Numbered from the stretch's first letter, positions 1-12,952 are shown. The stretch is 59,301 nt of DNA from Catajapyx aquilonaris (GCA_000934665.2 KZ538614.1:1-59301), one strand, 5' to 3'. Numbers and translations are program-made. Notes: generated by a model from the letters alone, not told the origin.

Positions 1-525
1 AGCCCCATGCCTGGAGTGGTGGCGTTAAAAAATGATTTCATTTATCTTTAATTGTCTTCTGAGAGGAATTGCTACCACTAATTCCACAAATGAATTTAAA
101 AAACATTGTTTGGAGGATAGAGCACTATGTGAGGGATCCATTAGGTGGTATTTCAATTTTCAGCTTTCATCCGTTCTGCTTTTGTAGCACCAATTGGGTC
201 CTAATGTTCCCATTGGTTGTTTGTCGCCATTTTTGTCGATATTTTAAAACTAAAATTTTTTTCTTGTTTCTTATTGGGAACATGTTCAGAAAATGCAATA
301 GGAACTGACATTGCGTTAAAAAATTCTTCTCAGGTCTCAGGAGGATATATACGTACAGTACAATCATCTTTCACTCTCAAATCTGTGTGCAATAGTAAAA
401 TCTATTCCAGCTTCATACTCATCATTCCCGTAACAACTTTTTCTCCGCATTTATGTTGTTTTGCTTCCAAACTGCCAGTACCATTTATCACAGCATATAT
501 TAGAGAAGTAAAATATGACACTCAC

Positions 526-1132
526 TCTCCTCACTGATTGGTATGAGCTCCCACGGGCTCAACCTATCGGTCTCGCCATTGTCCCACTGCACCAGGTAAC
601 AGAGGAAGTTGGAATCCGGAAACTCAACCTCGTATGGTTCCTGTGATAGCACAGTCCCCAACCACCAAATGTCATCTATCATGCACCGATATCGGTCCCC
701 AGGAGCCCACTGCCTTGCAATCCCTGCATCATAAGCCTGTCGCAGCACGAAAAAGTCCAGAACACCTGGCATATCGTGGTATGTCACTGTGAAGGTGGGT
801 GCATCCTGATACACGGTGATGGCATCAGGGATCATCATGGCCAGTGTCAGGGTGCACAGGCGAGGAGGCCTCCATCTCATAACATATCCCAACCACTTTA
901 ACCAGCTCCTGTTCTCTTATAACGCGACTTGCCCAGGGAAGGCTGTGCTCCTCCAGCGCATAAAGCTTTTTGGCCTTCACTGCCTGGAGGTAGAGCTGGT
1001 GGCCCTGGCGGAAATACATCACCTCATCATCCATCTGAGGGTAGTAGGGGGTCATGCGAGGTACTACCTCTGAGAGCCAGTCATGTGGACGGAAACGTCC
1101 AGGAACCTCGTCACTCATTGTGTGAACTTTGT
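526..1132 (-). CDS. BRWD3: Internal exon of a bromodomain and WD repeat protein (BRWD3/PHIP family), cryptic Tudor region upstream of the bromodomains; contains a +1 frameshift at about 872
   Basis: Two overlapping minus ORFs join as WLSEVVPRMTPYYPQMDDEVMYFRQGHQLY...EQELVKVVGICYEM/RPPRLCTLTLA...YHDMPGVLDFFVLRQ...GDRYRCMIDDIWWLG...WDNGETDRLSPWEL, typical of BRWD/PHIP. Acceptor ttggcag| at 1133, donor |gtgagt at 525. The exon is 607 nt, one more than a phase1-phase1 exon allows. Confidence 0.85.
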
Positions 1133-2827
1133 CTGCCAAGATAAATGCAGTGTGTCAAGGAATACAATAAACTCACCACTAAAAATGTCACAATATAAAA
1201 AACACACACAAATAATAACACAACAATAAAATATGGTACTAAAAGTTTTAAGATCACCCAAACCCAAAATCAAGCATCAATTCCCATTTTGAAACTACTG
1301 CTTACATTAGGATACTGACCTTTTTTCCCCCCAGAGTGGTAAAAGAACAGGTTAGGCCGGGTTAGGCCGGGTCATGAAAAGTTGACTTCAACACAACTGA
1401 GGAAGGAGCAGTTGTGACACCAATGATATTGAGCCATGTAAACTCAGCATTATTTCCTGTAACAACATCTTGATCAAATTACTCAGTAATGAGGAGGGGA
1501 TTTGGAATAAATTGGTTGTGGCTTACTCTCTGGACGTGTACTTTTATCCCACCTTTTATCCTGCCGCTTTACGCTGAATGGAACAGGAATGGAACATAGT
1601 AGGGTGCCTTCCTGTCACTACGCGTCCTCGCTGTCATACTGGTCATAGCACTGCCACCCGAATACGCCCACCTTCTCCATGGCCGCTTACGGGGTATAGG
1701 TTGTGCTCTCTCCAACAAAATATCTGTCCTGGTATCAAAGTTGTAAGGCCCTGCCCCACCTTCGACACGCCGTGTACGTTGCCCAAGGTCCTCATAATGC
1801 ACAATCTGTGAGGTAAATAGACTTGCTGGGTCCATTTTCAAAAGCTAGGTCGCACGTTTAATGAGAGGGGGATGATATGCCTATAGTCTGTAGTTCGGTC
1901 AGTGGCCATAATTTCTTTATTATTGTATTCAAATTTTTTTTACATGACGTGCCCTGTACAGTGGGTAGCAACTTTGACAGCTTGCTCACGGCTTGCTGGA
2001 GGAGTCGCTCTCATCTAGCCTACACCTGGGATACAGCCATACAGGACATTTATAGGACGACTTTCCCACTTGAAGCTGAGTAGAGCAGACATTCCTCCTG
2101 ACACTGCGACCCAATGTGACAACCATTTCAAACCTCCCCTGTCTGCAAGCTATAGGTATTGGGCCACGTCCTCATCAGTGCAGTCATACTCCATTGCTTT
2201 GTCACACAACAGCAATGCACAATGACTCGCAAAAATATTGTCACGTTCTTATCCGTTTGCAGTGGCAGATTTCCCATTACGCACAATAGGCACTGGCCTA
2301 GGGGCTGCCGCGAGTTGCAATAAATAATATTGATGGGGATTGGGATTTGGGAGAAGAGGGAAGGGGGAATGAGAAAAAGATGTGTGCTTGTAGCCTTTCC
2401 CATTGCTATATGTGCACAGCAAGTGGAAGGTCATCCATCCCACTCACCACTTTTAAATGCTGTGTGTCATGTTATAATAAATATTCTGGGGTGGCTCGGG
2501 AGACAGCATACACGTGCTCCGGGTCCCTGGATTCATTTATCATGTTTATTATATAGAAACTACTTGGAGTGAATACTGATGTCAATGGCTGAGTAAAACG
2601 ATGAACTGCATTAAGTTAAAAAAAGACCCCAATTTTAAAGCACTTCTGACAAAGGAGCAAGTTTCACAATTTTTCTTGTCATGTATGGATGACCAGAAAA
2701 AATTTGTCACATAGCTCAATGATTAACCCTTAACTTGCAACGTGGGGTCCTTTTCGGACCCCAGGGTATACTTGTGTCACCACCCTGAAGCATGATTTTG
2801 TCAAATTGAAAATTCCCACACCTATAT

Positions 2828-2828
<1 letters not shown>

Positions 2829-2863
<35 letters not shown>

Positions 2864-2909
2864 TTACCCCGTGATAGAGCCATTGGCTCTCTTAGGGGGG
2901 GAGTTCATC

Positions 2910-2940
<31 letters not shown>

Positions 2941-3138
2941 NTCGCTTTTTGGGAAGGGATAGGGAAGGAAGGAAGCGGCTGTGGCCTGTTAATTACGGAA
3001 ACAACTCCGGAATTTTCCTGGAGGGACCGTGGGAAACCACAGAAAACCACGGTCAGAGTTGCCGGCCCGGGGATTTGATCCCAGGACCTCCCGATTAGCA
3101 GTCTGGCTCCTTAACCCCTACACCAACCTGCTTCGGTG
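2829..3138 (-). mobile_element. tRNA-derived SINE, family A
   Basis: tRNA-like head with A/B boxes and an (ATT)n tail. 15-bp TSD TCCCACACCTATATT at 2814-2828 and 3139-3153. Homologous to 25137-25404. Confidence 0.85.
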
Positions 3139-3391
3139 TCCCACACCTATATTCCTGAAATATATTCTTTGACACCTGAAAAAAAATTATGAGTGACAAA
3201 AAAAAAAATCTAAAGGGAGATAACGTCATTTAAACGTTCACAAGTCGTCTTGGGGTCCAAAAAGGACCCCACGTTGCAAGTTAGCGACCAGTTTTTTCCG
3301 ACCCTAAATAGACACTGCAAATTCATGATATAGCAAGCATAAAAAATCGTACAGGTGTAAAAAAATTTATCCATGTATAGTATTGTACATG

Positions 3392-3564
3392 CAGTGAAAC
3401 CTGTCCATAACAGACCCTGAGTGTAACGGAAACTGGCCCATTGCGGAATTTTTCCTGGGAATAGGCTTATCCACAGTACATGAATTCCGTGTCGAATGGA
3501 AAGGAAACCTGTCCATTACGGAAAATGTTATGGTTCCGTGCGATTCCGCGATACACAGGTTTCA
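3392..3564. mobile_element. Degenerate pogo/Tigger-like MITE
   Basis: Imperfect TIRs CAGTGAAACCTGT...ACAGGTTTCA; internal repeats of AACGGAA/TTACGGAA. Confidence 0.45.
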
Positions 3565-3899
3565 TCCCAACGGGAAGTCAGGCTTTAGTCAACCAGATCC
3601 AGTTTCAGTTCTGCCACATGATAAGGAGACTGCCATTCCAGCTGCTGGGTCACGAACGTGGATACTGGTAAACAGTAAACAGGGCCTCATGAGCAAGGGT
3701 CAGAGGAGGTCAATTTTTTAAAAAAATCTGTCACTTATAGTCCCAGCCGAATTTAGGAAGCAGTTATATTTTGATGGTTTTGTTAATGTAAGTTTGTAAT
3801 CGATAAAACGACGTGGGGTCCAAAAGGGACCCCATGTTGCAAGTTAAGCATGGTTAAGAAGTAATTCTAAAATTGCTATTTCAACTATTCCTGAATTGG

Positions 3900-4110
3900 G
3901 AGGTGGAGTGACGCTGCAGTAACGTATGTGCCCACGGATGGAAGGGTCCCGGGTTCAATTCCAAGCCTCATCTCATGCAGAGTTAGGGGTCATCTCTGGC
4001 CTCGTCTCGGGTGTAATCTCCGCTAGACTAATCCACCTGCGAGAGTTCACAAAATGACCATAGCAATGACATTGCACTTACACTTTGCACATCCCCTCCC
4101 AGCCACCCTG
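3900..4110 (+). mobile_element. tRNA-derived SINE, family B (right boundary approximate)
   Basis: B box GGTTCAATTCC followed by GGGTCATCTCTGGCCTCGTCTCGGGTG..TAGACTA, shared with the minus copy at 4966-5343. Confidence 0.6.
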
Positions 4111-4190
4111 CCCATGGACCAGGGAACTTTGTTGAGAATGAAAAGCTGTAATCTTGATGAGACAAAATAATGGTCAGTGCATTCAAAATA

Positions 4191-4536
4191 CACTGTACTC
4201 CTGATAATCCATGCTAATGAATGCACCACGGATGTGCCCGGATAATTGGAAAACACAGATAATCCGAAAATTGTCCTAGACACCTTAAAAACTAGCTATT
4301 CAGTGGTTTTTAATGAACTACTGTAGGCCTACATACTGTATGTTGCTTTAAATAATGATTAATCAGAATAACAAATCATACCATTGACTTTGAATGTCTT
4401 CTGGAAAAAGTATGTTATATTTTTTTGCTTGCGAGACATTGACATTATTTTATTCTACCTTTTTTTTTTTTGGCGATGCATGGATAATCCACAACAGGGA
4501 TAATCCGCACCTGGATAATCGGGAGTACGTACAGTG
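4191..4536. mobile_element. MITE with TA TSD (Tc1/mariner/pogo-like)
   Basis: TA-CACTGTACTCCTGATAATCC ... GGATAATCGGGAGTAC(GTAC)AGTG-TA; multiple GGATAATCC subterminal repeats. Confidence 0.65.
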
Positions 4537-4727
4537 TAGAGAGGTCAATAATTAATGAGAAATATGAGAACAAATTTTTGGGCTCAGTTTTGGATTTTTA
4601 ATTTTCAATTTTCTTAAGCATTTCTGGGATCTTCTGGGAGTTATGGTCCTCCAAGGGACAGCATACAGAGCAAAAGTGCTTGAAAATTGGCACATTTTGC
4701 ACACTGTAGGTTAGCAACCACTTGTCA

Positions 4728-4902
4728 AGGCCCATTCATACAGGCTTTCGACGGTTATGGTTTTGGTTTTGGTTTTGGACCAATCAGAGCGGGCCCTCAC
4801 GGTAACCATGACGCGTTGTTTACGTGAGGGCCCGCTCTGATTGGTCCGCGGGGTCGACGAGACCAAAAACCAAAACCGTCGACGGCCTGTGTGAATGGGC
4901 CT
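4728..4902. mobile_element. Foldback MITE, PIF/Harbinger-like
   Basis: AGGCCCATTCATACAGGC...GCCTGTGTGAATGGGCCT with TCA on both sides; inner stem GGACCAATCAGAGCGGGCCCTCACG / CGTGAGGGCCCGCTCTGATTGGTCC. Confidence 0.8.
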
Positions 4903-4964
4903 TCATGAACATGCAAAGACAAACTCGGCTATATACACCCATGTATAGGCACTACAAGACGCCA

Positions 4965-4965
<1 letters not shown>

Positions 4966-5032
<67 letters not shown>

Positions 5033-5343
5033 TCTGGGCAGTGCTTGGCCTCTCGGCATGTAGCACGGACCTTTATTTGTACCATGTACATTTTTGGAAC
5101 CTAATTATTGAAGCGCCCGGGCCCACGGGCAGGATGACAGCAGGGGATGTGCAATGTGCAGTGCTATGTCCTTGTGTGGCCATTTTTAGTGAACTCCCCC
5201 GGGTGGTATAGTCTATTGGAAATACCACCTGAGACGAAGCCAGAGGTGACCCTGAACTCTTCACGAGATGAAAGGGGTGTCTCCAGGCGGAATTTGATCC
5301 CAGGACCTTAACATCCATATGTTACCGCAGCACCACTTCGCCT
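4966..5343 (-). mobile_element. tRNA-derived SINE, family B, with an expanded (ATT)n tail
   Basis: Reverse-complement head GGTCCTGGGATCAAATTCC, body similar to the 3900 copy; (AAT) about 22 units at 4966-5031. Confidence 0.6.
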
Positions 5344-8300
5344 CCCCTAAGATCCCAGAATATTGTTAAGAGAGGGGCTAAAACAGGCAGTTTTTGGCAT
5401 TTACGTCACTAGACATTTTGGACTGAATGGGACTGGCTTTGCAAAGCCCTAGGGGAAAGTTGCAGTAAACACCCAACCGTCAACACTGGGAAGACGAGTC
5501 ACTCCTGTGACATTGGGGTGTGGGTTCCGATGTTGAGTCTGAACCGCATTCTGGCCCAATGGGATGCTGACCCCATCCCAATGGGTCCAGCCAGTCCATG
5601 TGTATCCCATGTAGCCCTAGTTTCTGACACATTTCCTTAAACCCCTTGACCGCATGTCCTGTGCCGATTGCATCAAATTTTGCAACCTCCGGGATGTGAT
5701 TGCCCAATGTGTTGACGTCGGTAACTACTGGTTCCCTAGCCAATAAATAAAGAGTAAACAAACCATGTTAAAGAGTTGAGCAGCAGGGGAGAGCAGAGGA
5801 GAGCAGAAGACAGGACGCTATCTAAGAAGCTGAGGCCAGAGGCCAGCAGCCTAAGTCCAGGCAACACGGAACCTTTGAGCCCCCAGGAGCACCACAACCT
5901 GAGCATACCAAGAGCAGACCCAAGACTACAGACAGCAATCAGTAAGATTCCAGACAACAGGGTGAGATGATTGTCTCACAGATACAATCATTAAAAGCCT
6001 GTCCAACTGAACTGACAAATAAACTGGGTTTGACTGGATCACCTGTGTTGGTATTTCTGAATCCCTATAACTCACTCTCATCATGCTGAGAAAGATCAGG
6101 GTGCAGTGGGCGGAGGTCTGGGGTGGCGCTGCTTGATAATATGGCTCTTAGCCCTTAAAATCCTTGAAGTGAGCCATATTCGTAACAATGTGATCGAAAT
6201 TGGAGGTCTCGGCAAAAGGTGACCCGTTCACTCCTATCTGGTAATGGGTCAAATTAGAACCTGATAAGGCTTTCTGCACAGGAAAGTTATGGTCTGTGCA
6301 GACTAATATTGGTATTCAAATAACAAGGGGAATTTAAAAATATGCCAGCGTACAGAGTAGCTATGCGGCCACTGGCCAGTTGCCAGCTATGCGCTCAGTT
6401 CACTGTCATAGAACATGACCAAAGTGTTGTAGTGGTGGGAAAATTTTTGAAATGTGACAAAGGGCATTTGGGAAAGTTATTTTTGAAGGGATCTGGGACA
6501 TTTTTGTAGCAACTAACAATTTATTAATACATCTTTTGTGGCTCTACCCGGGTGTTCCAAGTGTCAGGGACATTTTTAGTTATCACTAATATTGCCTGAA
6601 GCAGTAATTATGGTCAATTGACTGATTATGGCAATTGGGAAATCCTGTGAAGTAAGTAGGGAAAAAATGCCCCTTGCTGATAATGTCATTTGCAACACTT
6701 AATTACTATTAACCAGGCCATGCGAGTGCACTCCACGTCACCTTCAATGGCCTCATTCACACACCTTTTCCACCCCCTCCCCCCTCCCCCCAATTCACTT
6801 CCGCATCAGGTCAACCAGAGATCTACAGCCCAGGGATGGGGGCTCATTTGCACGACTTCATCCGCCCTGCCCCCCAGCTCTAATAATGGCAGGGTCTCGA
6901 GCCTCTTGACTGGATTGGGGGGAGGGGGGACGACGAGCAGGGCATGTGCCCCTGGTGCCGAGAAGGCAAGAGAGAGGGAATTGGAATGCCAAAATAATTG
7001 TTCACTGAACGAGATGGTTGTTTCATCTTAAAATGGTTAAAACACTTATACTAACATGTTCCAAATAGCGTCATTTGTCACCTTTGTCCACTGCTCCCTT
7101 GCAATTAGGGTCCCAATTCTAGGAAGAAGGGTCCCCCATCCCAACCAGGTGAGGGGGTACAGTAGTACACATGGTCGAAAATTCCCAGAAAATGTCCTGT
7201 TTGTATAATGTCATCGCCATATGATTTTACAATAACCTGGGGTGCAATAGTATTTTGCTCATGGAAAAGATTACTGCCTGAAACACATTCTGGTGGTCTG
7301 TTGAACTTTGATGTAGAACTTCTTGATACAACTTTGGTGCCAGATTCACATTTTGGCCACTGTCTGACTTAATTATATGTTTTTCGTATACTTTCTGCCT
7401 GGACTTGGTTATATGATCATTAACAGAAGGGTATAAAAAGGTGTGCTTTAATAATTTGTGTTTCTCTCGTCTCGATCATGCCAGTGTGTGTATACATAAT
7501 CACATGTGCATGTTTCATGTTCTTAGAGTACAGGTTTCTTACTGGAGACCTGTCACACAGAACAGCATGTCAATGCTAGTATATAGTATGCATGACCCAT
7601 GATCAAAGCTATTATATGTTATTAGAATGTGCAATGTGATGTGGCAAATAAAATCAAGCTAAATAAAGTGAAGATTTTACATGTACATGTTGCTTGTGTA
7701 TTGTTACACCTGTGAATTGTGGCATTAGGCTTTTTATTGCAGGAACACCTTTTGCAATCTCTGGGCAAAATTTCACATAAGTTTAATGTCGCAAAAAATT
7801 TGTGTGCTATCAGTCTACTTGTGTTTGGGCACTTTTACTGTCTCTCTGCAGTTAGTGGAGGAAGTAGCTAAGGCCTGTATTCAGGAATAGAATGTATCAC
7901 TTCATTGATGGTTGCAAATAAGGCAAAGATGCTTGGTGAGTATTAAAAAAAAATTAAAACCATTCTGGGACCCCCCCCCCNCCCCCCCCCCCCGATCTGA
8001 TGCTCAAAAGTCGTTTTATTCTCGTTATTTGAGTGTGAGGTCACGAAAACCAGATAGTTGGAGAAGGCCTTTTGATACGATACGGTATGCTGCCGCCTCA
8101 TTGCGACCCCCAACTTAAAGCCCACGGATAACCCACAATACAAAGGGACCACTGCACTGGTACTATTTCGTTGACACGGTGAATGGGTTGTCTAGTTAAG
8201 TTTATCAGTTTTGTGCGAGGAGGTGTTAAGAGTTTTGGAACACTACCTGTAAGCTGTAACCACCTGCTAACCACACTGACCACTCCCAAGGCACTGCAAA

Positions 8301-8854
8301 GGTCACTGATGACCCAGCAAGAACCTAGAAGCAAAGTGTGAGGGAATAGGAATCTACTTACCTTAGGAGTTTCCCGAAGTTTCCTCGCCGTTCCAAACAC
8401 CGAGCCCAAAACAGTACAAGTGCAGCGTTGCCAACCTGACGACTAGAGTCAACCACTCGAGTCAAAATTTCCGTATTGCGCTAAAATTACCGTACATGTT
8501 AAAACATGGCATTTTGTGAATGAAACATTATGGGAAAATATTAGATACCCGTAAATAGGCCCTCCAGAATGTATTCCTACACGTTCCATGAATTTCTGCA
8601 AGTAACTTGACTACTACAGTCACGCTCCCGTGGGAAGGCGCACAATTCAAAATAAGGGTGGGTCGGGGTCGGTCAAGTCTTCCTTTACCCATGGTGAAGC
8701 TTATTCTAAGGAATTTCCAGAAATGCACAAAATGCATGTGCAACCCGCTGCAACAGGTAAACCGAGAAAAGCGGGACAAAGAGCGCCGCTGGCGATTTTT
8801 TGTTTGTTTGTTCAAGTTCGCACAAGCTTAGGTGAATGTGTAACTGACTGCGTA

Positions 8855-9194
8855 CAGTGGAATCCTCCTATAGCCTAGCCGATGGAAGTGTCGTAAGCAG
8901 TATCCGAAACCTATAAGCTGAGATAATGCATTTTTAATTTAATGCTAATTATCTCGGTAACTATGCGTCGGAGACCCATGTTGCATATACTCAAACACTG
9001 TATACGCCCACATTCATAGTCGCATTCAAAGATGTTGGATGATGGAGGATACCATTTTCAGCATATTCTCTAGGAAGACCTTGTTTGTCATCATACAAGG
9101 TAAGTAGCCTACATGTCAATTTTCATTAAGAACCATACAATAATTAAAAAGTTATTGAGGAATGTTTGGGTTCGGTTACGGGAGGATCACCCTG
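8855..9194 (+). mobile_element. Internally deleted Tc1/mariner element with a transposase C-terminal remnant
   Basis: TA-CAGTGGAATCCTCC ... GGAGGATCACCCTG-TA; 9021-9072 reads RIQRC/DDGGYHFQHIL* across a frameshift, like the C-xxxx-GGHFEHLL end of Tc1/mariner transposases. Confidence 0.6.
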
Positions 9195-10228
9195 TATACC
9201 CTCTACACCTACAGTATATGGCGTAGAATGTGAACTGATGGAGACAGCTTCTGGCTATAGTTATTAATATGCACGAGTTCACATTAATATTTGACTTGTA
9301 ATGTAAAGTTAGTTTTGGCCAGCCAATGAAGGCATTTGTAGACATTCAATAGCTATAATATACAATACTGTATAGTAATTTTCAAGGGAAAGAGGAAATC
9401 ACGCAAATTACCCTAATTACGTATACATCCTCTGGCCGGCTCCCCATGGCTAAATAGGCCCCCTGGTCAACTTCGTTAGGTCTATACTGTACACTGGCAT
9501 GCCTCAATTTGAGGGATGATAATGTACAGTGAGTATGGTTAATGTGTTGAAATGTGAAGGCCAAATGCATTTTAAGTGCACGGGATGTGAATGGTCCTTG
9601 GCACGTTTCTTCCTTTCAAAGCAAGCCTTATTTCATCAAAACTCTATAACCACAGGCAATAAATATGTCATATTTACTGCATGGTTTCCTTACCTCCCTT
9701 TGGAAATGTGAGAGAAGAGTAATGTTTTCAAATGCTGAGACATCCATCATTTTCAGATTTGTGGCGACATAATTTTTCAAGGAAGGAGATCAAAGGGCAT
9801 CTTGTATACCAGCTGATGTCCAGCAAGCAACATGACTACCTGAGATTAAAGTACCGTACCTGTTACGAATGAAAAATATTTCGAAGATAAGGCCCTTTTT
9901 TGCGTGGGAGAAAGGGGCGTGTAATTGCATCATGGAGAATCAAACAAGATGGTCCTATCATATAGTGTTGTCTTCCCGCGATTTTATCCTTTTGAACTCC
10001 GGAATTCAGCTGTCCAGGGCATATGAGAGTGCCCTGGGTATATCTAGCATCCATGGTTGCTTATCTGTCAGGCGTTGTTTCGACATTTTCTTGGTACGCT
10101 TTTCTTGTCACAATGCCGTCTAATTCCAACGCAGGTTGTAGGCTATTCACATATTCTTATTGCACATTGTACTAAGAGGCTCAAATACATTGTTTTGGCC
10201 ACTTTATCATGGTCTTGAAGCAAACCTT

Positions 10229-10571
10229 CACACACACACACACACACACACGCATGTTATAATGTGCTATCCTTGTGAGGGTCTGGCAAAAATAAAAATT
10301 TAAAACTAACCTAACCTAACCTAACCTAACCTAACCTACAAAAAACACACGATATTTTGGTGACCTATTTTTTCACAGTAAAAAGGAGCAGGTCTTGGTT
10401 TGATTTTCCGCCATCCTTGTGAGGACTGTGTACCTTATGAGGGCCTGAAAAAAGTCCTCGTAAGGTTTTCGGTCCTCACAAGGATAGGAAACAAGCGAAA
10501 AAAATCCTCACAAGGATAGCAATGTCTGATCACACACACACACACACATACACTCACACACACACATACAC
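10229..10571. mobile_element. (CA)n-flanked non-autonomous element with an internal (CTAAC)6 block
   Basis: CA microsatellite at both ends; inverted subterminal repeats (CT)ATCCTTGTGAGG x2 and CCTCACAAGGATAG x2; homologous to 17661-17958. Confidence 0.75.
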
Positions 10572-10880
10572 CCACTTCGATTTGCGCTCAATAAGCTACG
10601 GGGACGTTGAAAACTCAACTTTTCGAAGCTAGTGTAAACTAACCTAACCTAACCTAACCTAACCTACAAGGCTGAGAGAAATTGACTTTTGTGAAACCCT
10701 GCAAAATCGAAATTGTGGGGACATCAGGACATGTCCCCACTATAACGGCAACTTTCTGGTGTGTGAAGATGTGGGGACCCAAAATGTCCCCACAAGAGAA
10801 TTTGTGGCGACAGTAGTCCCTACAGTTACAGTAAAAACACATGCTTCCGGTCCCACAGCTTATTGAAGACAAGAACACAT
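10572..10880. mobile_element. Related (CA)-associated element with (CTAAC)5 and GTGGGGAC/GTCCCCAC inverted repeats
   Basis: Directly follows the CA tract; AACTAACCT...CTACAAGG block and repeated TGTGGGGAC/GTCCCCAC units. Confidence 0.55.
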
Positions 10881-11286
10881 CCTTACCGTGGGGCCTGTGT
10901 GGAGTGTTGCTTCAAGACCAGGATAAAGTGGCCAAAACAATTTGAGCCCCATAGTACATTCCACTCATTCTGACATAACAGTTTCATGCCGTTGGGGACA
11001 TGGCGAGATTGCACCCTGTTATTGTAGTCTACCAACTTCCCAAGAGATAATGCCGGATAATGCCCGTGTCTGGTACTGAACACAAACAGTAAAACTATGT
11101 AGGATATTGTCAACGTTGAAATCGGGCAGTCTATTTCGCGCATCATATTTCCAAGCGTGTCGAGGAAGGAAGGAAGGGAACAAATAAAAATAAAAAAGCG
11201 TGGGGCGCCGGGAAGGCGTGCCATCGGCGTCGTTGAACGTCCCGACGCCAGACACTGACACCGGCTGCCGAGTTCTGCACTGCAAG

Positions 11287-12952
11287 ATGGATAATGGCCA
11301 ACATGCTGTTGAAGAAGCCAACTCGAACCACAACTGTCATCAAAACCAACTGCCAAAGGTTGTACTCACATTTTAGTCTTTGTAAACAAGTCGATAGCCA
11401 CTAACGATATCTATCATTAATGCCTGGTGCTATAAAGTTGCTGAATAGGAACATAAAATATTAGTGAAGTACATATACGAACAACAGATTCCGAGGTTCT
11501 CTAATGACGTCGGGTTTATCGCTATTTTACGCACATACCGATGCAACAATAACATGCCCTGCATAATTGTGACGTCAAAATTCTGTGGGCACATTAGTTG
11601 CTGAAGAGTAAACAGACGCAGTTAATGACAGGGCCAACGATCTTGTTGAAAGCATGTAACGGGATGTATAAAAAAATATCCGCAGGAGATGAATGGAATA
11701 AGCTTACCCTGCCCTACACTACTCTGTACAGTATACAGTATAACCTTTGCCATTGATATCTTCTAGTGCTGAGGGTAATTTGAATAATAACGTTGCACTG
11801 ACAATGTGAGGCCCTGTCAAGGTTAAAGACAGACATGTATAGAAATGTCATTCTCAAAAGAGAGGTAGGCGTATTTTGTGATAGTTTTCGAATCGATTGG
11901 CAAGAGAAATGAAAACAATGACATGACATGGTCAATGGTCGCGTTGGTATTTTGGCCAGGATTCATGAACTAGGAAGGTCGCAAGTAGAAGGGAGTAATA
12001 CTGTATTACCTAGAGAGGCCTCTCAATCTCGTATACTGTATAACGTCTGTGATGTTTCATGGTGTTGTGTATACAGTATTTATGTTTCAAAATATTTTTC
12101 ATGTGTATTTCAAATTAAAGAAATAGAAGTAGCCTATACATAACGTACAGAATTTGGTGTTATTAAAATATTGCACAATGAAAATAATACACTGTGATGA
12201 CAGTACTTGGGGCATCGTTACTATTTTTACCCACGTTATAAATGGACGGCAAGGAGGAAGGAACAGAGGTAAGAATAGGGCTAAATCTTTTGGATTTGAG
12301 AAAAACCCATTTTCAGTGTTTTTGTTGCTCATAGTATACAGAACATGCATTGCATATTTTCATATTTAGTAAAACACCGACAGAAGGTATTTGAGCTGCC
12401 AGCAGACAATAAAAATTGTTGCGTACCTTGGCCTCGTAATTTAGCCAATGCAAAGTATGAAGAATAGTTGTGCAGAACTTGCGACAGTAATAAATGTGTT
12501 GTGTGGGTGTCACTTGGATTGATCAATCATGCTATGCATTTAGGGATGGTGGAAGCGGCACTTGAAGAAGGAGCAGAATCTAAACTCGGCGGGAAGGAGG
12601 AATCCTTCTTCGGAGGCACCGAAAGAGGCTAGTAATATTTGCAACAAAATCCTAAATATCGATTGTATTTTATTGCTAAATGCGGCTTATGTAAGGGGTT
12701 GCTCATTGGGGGGAAGGGGGGGGGGCAGCCCTTTTTTCCAGCTTTTAGTTCGTATTTTCGTGTCATCCGAATTTTAGGAAAAGATACGGTGTCCACAATA
12801 TGGCTTGCAGAAGAATTTCCATAATGAGAGCTTTGCCACATGAATCCCAGAAGCGTAAATCCACTTTCGGGAACTCGAATGATCTTGTTTCCGGGAAGTG
12901 TCAACGTCGAGTCAATGAGTCACAAGCTGGGAAGCTTTTAATCGATATCATG
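11287..12952 (+). CDS. Candidate upstream exons of CaaX gene 1 (structure unresolved)
   Basis: GC-rich leader, ATGs at 11287 and 11294, donor AAG|gttgta at 11358/9. Coding-like segments at 12544-12627 (GWWKRHLKKEQ...) and 12778-about 12950 (KRYGVHNMACRRISIMRAL...). Several phase-compatible joins exist and none is provable. Confidence 0.35.

Larger units (their letters stand above)
2727..3853. mobile_element. Non-autonomous piggyBac-like element (TTAA) with a nested SINE and MITE
   Basis: TTAA-CCCTTAACTTGCAACGTGGGGTCC at left and GGACCCCATGTTGCAAGTTAAG(CAT)GG-TTAA at right. Internal repeat of the GGGGTCC...GGACCCC unit at about 3251. Confidence 0.75.

Noticed and set aside
4903..5091. Poly-Ile ORF
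   Set aside because: Translation of an (ATT)n SINE tail.
10306..10663. Telomere or CRISPR-like array
   Set aside because: Short 5-bp tandem units inside dispersed elements, with no spacers and not at a chromosome end.
10883..11356. 157-aa minus ORF as a possible BRWD upstream exon
   Set aside because: No WD40 or BRWD-like content, and it overlaps an inverted repeat and the candidate gene 1 leader.
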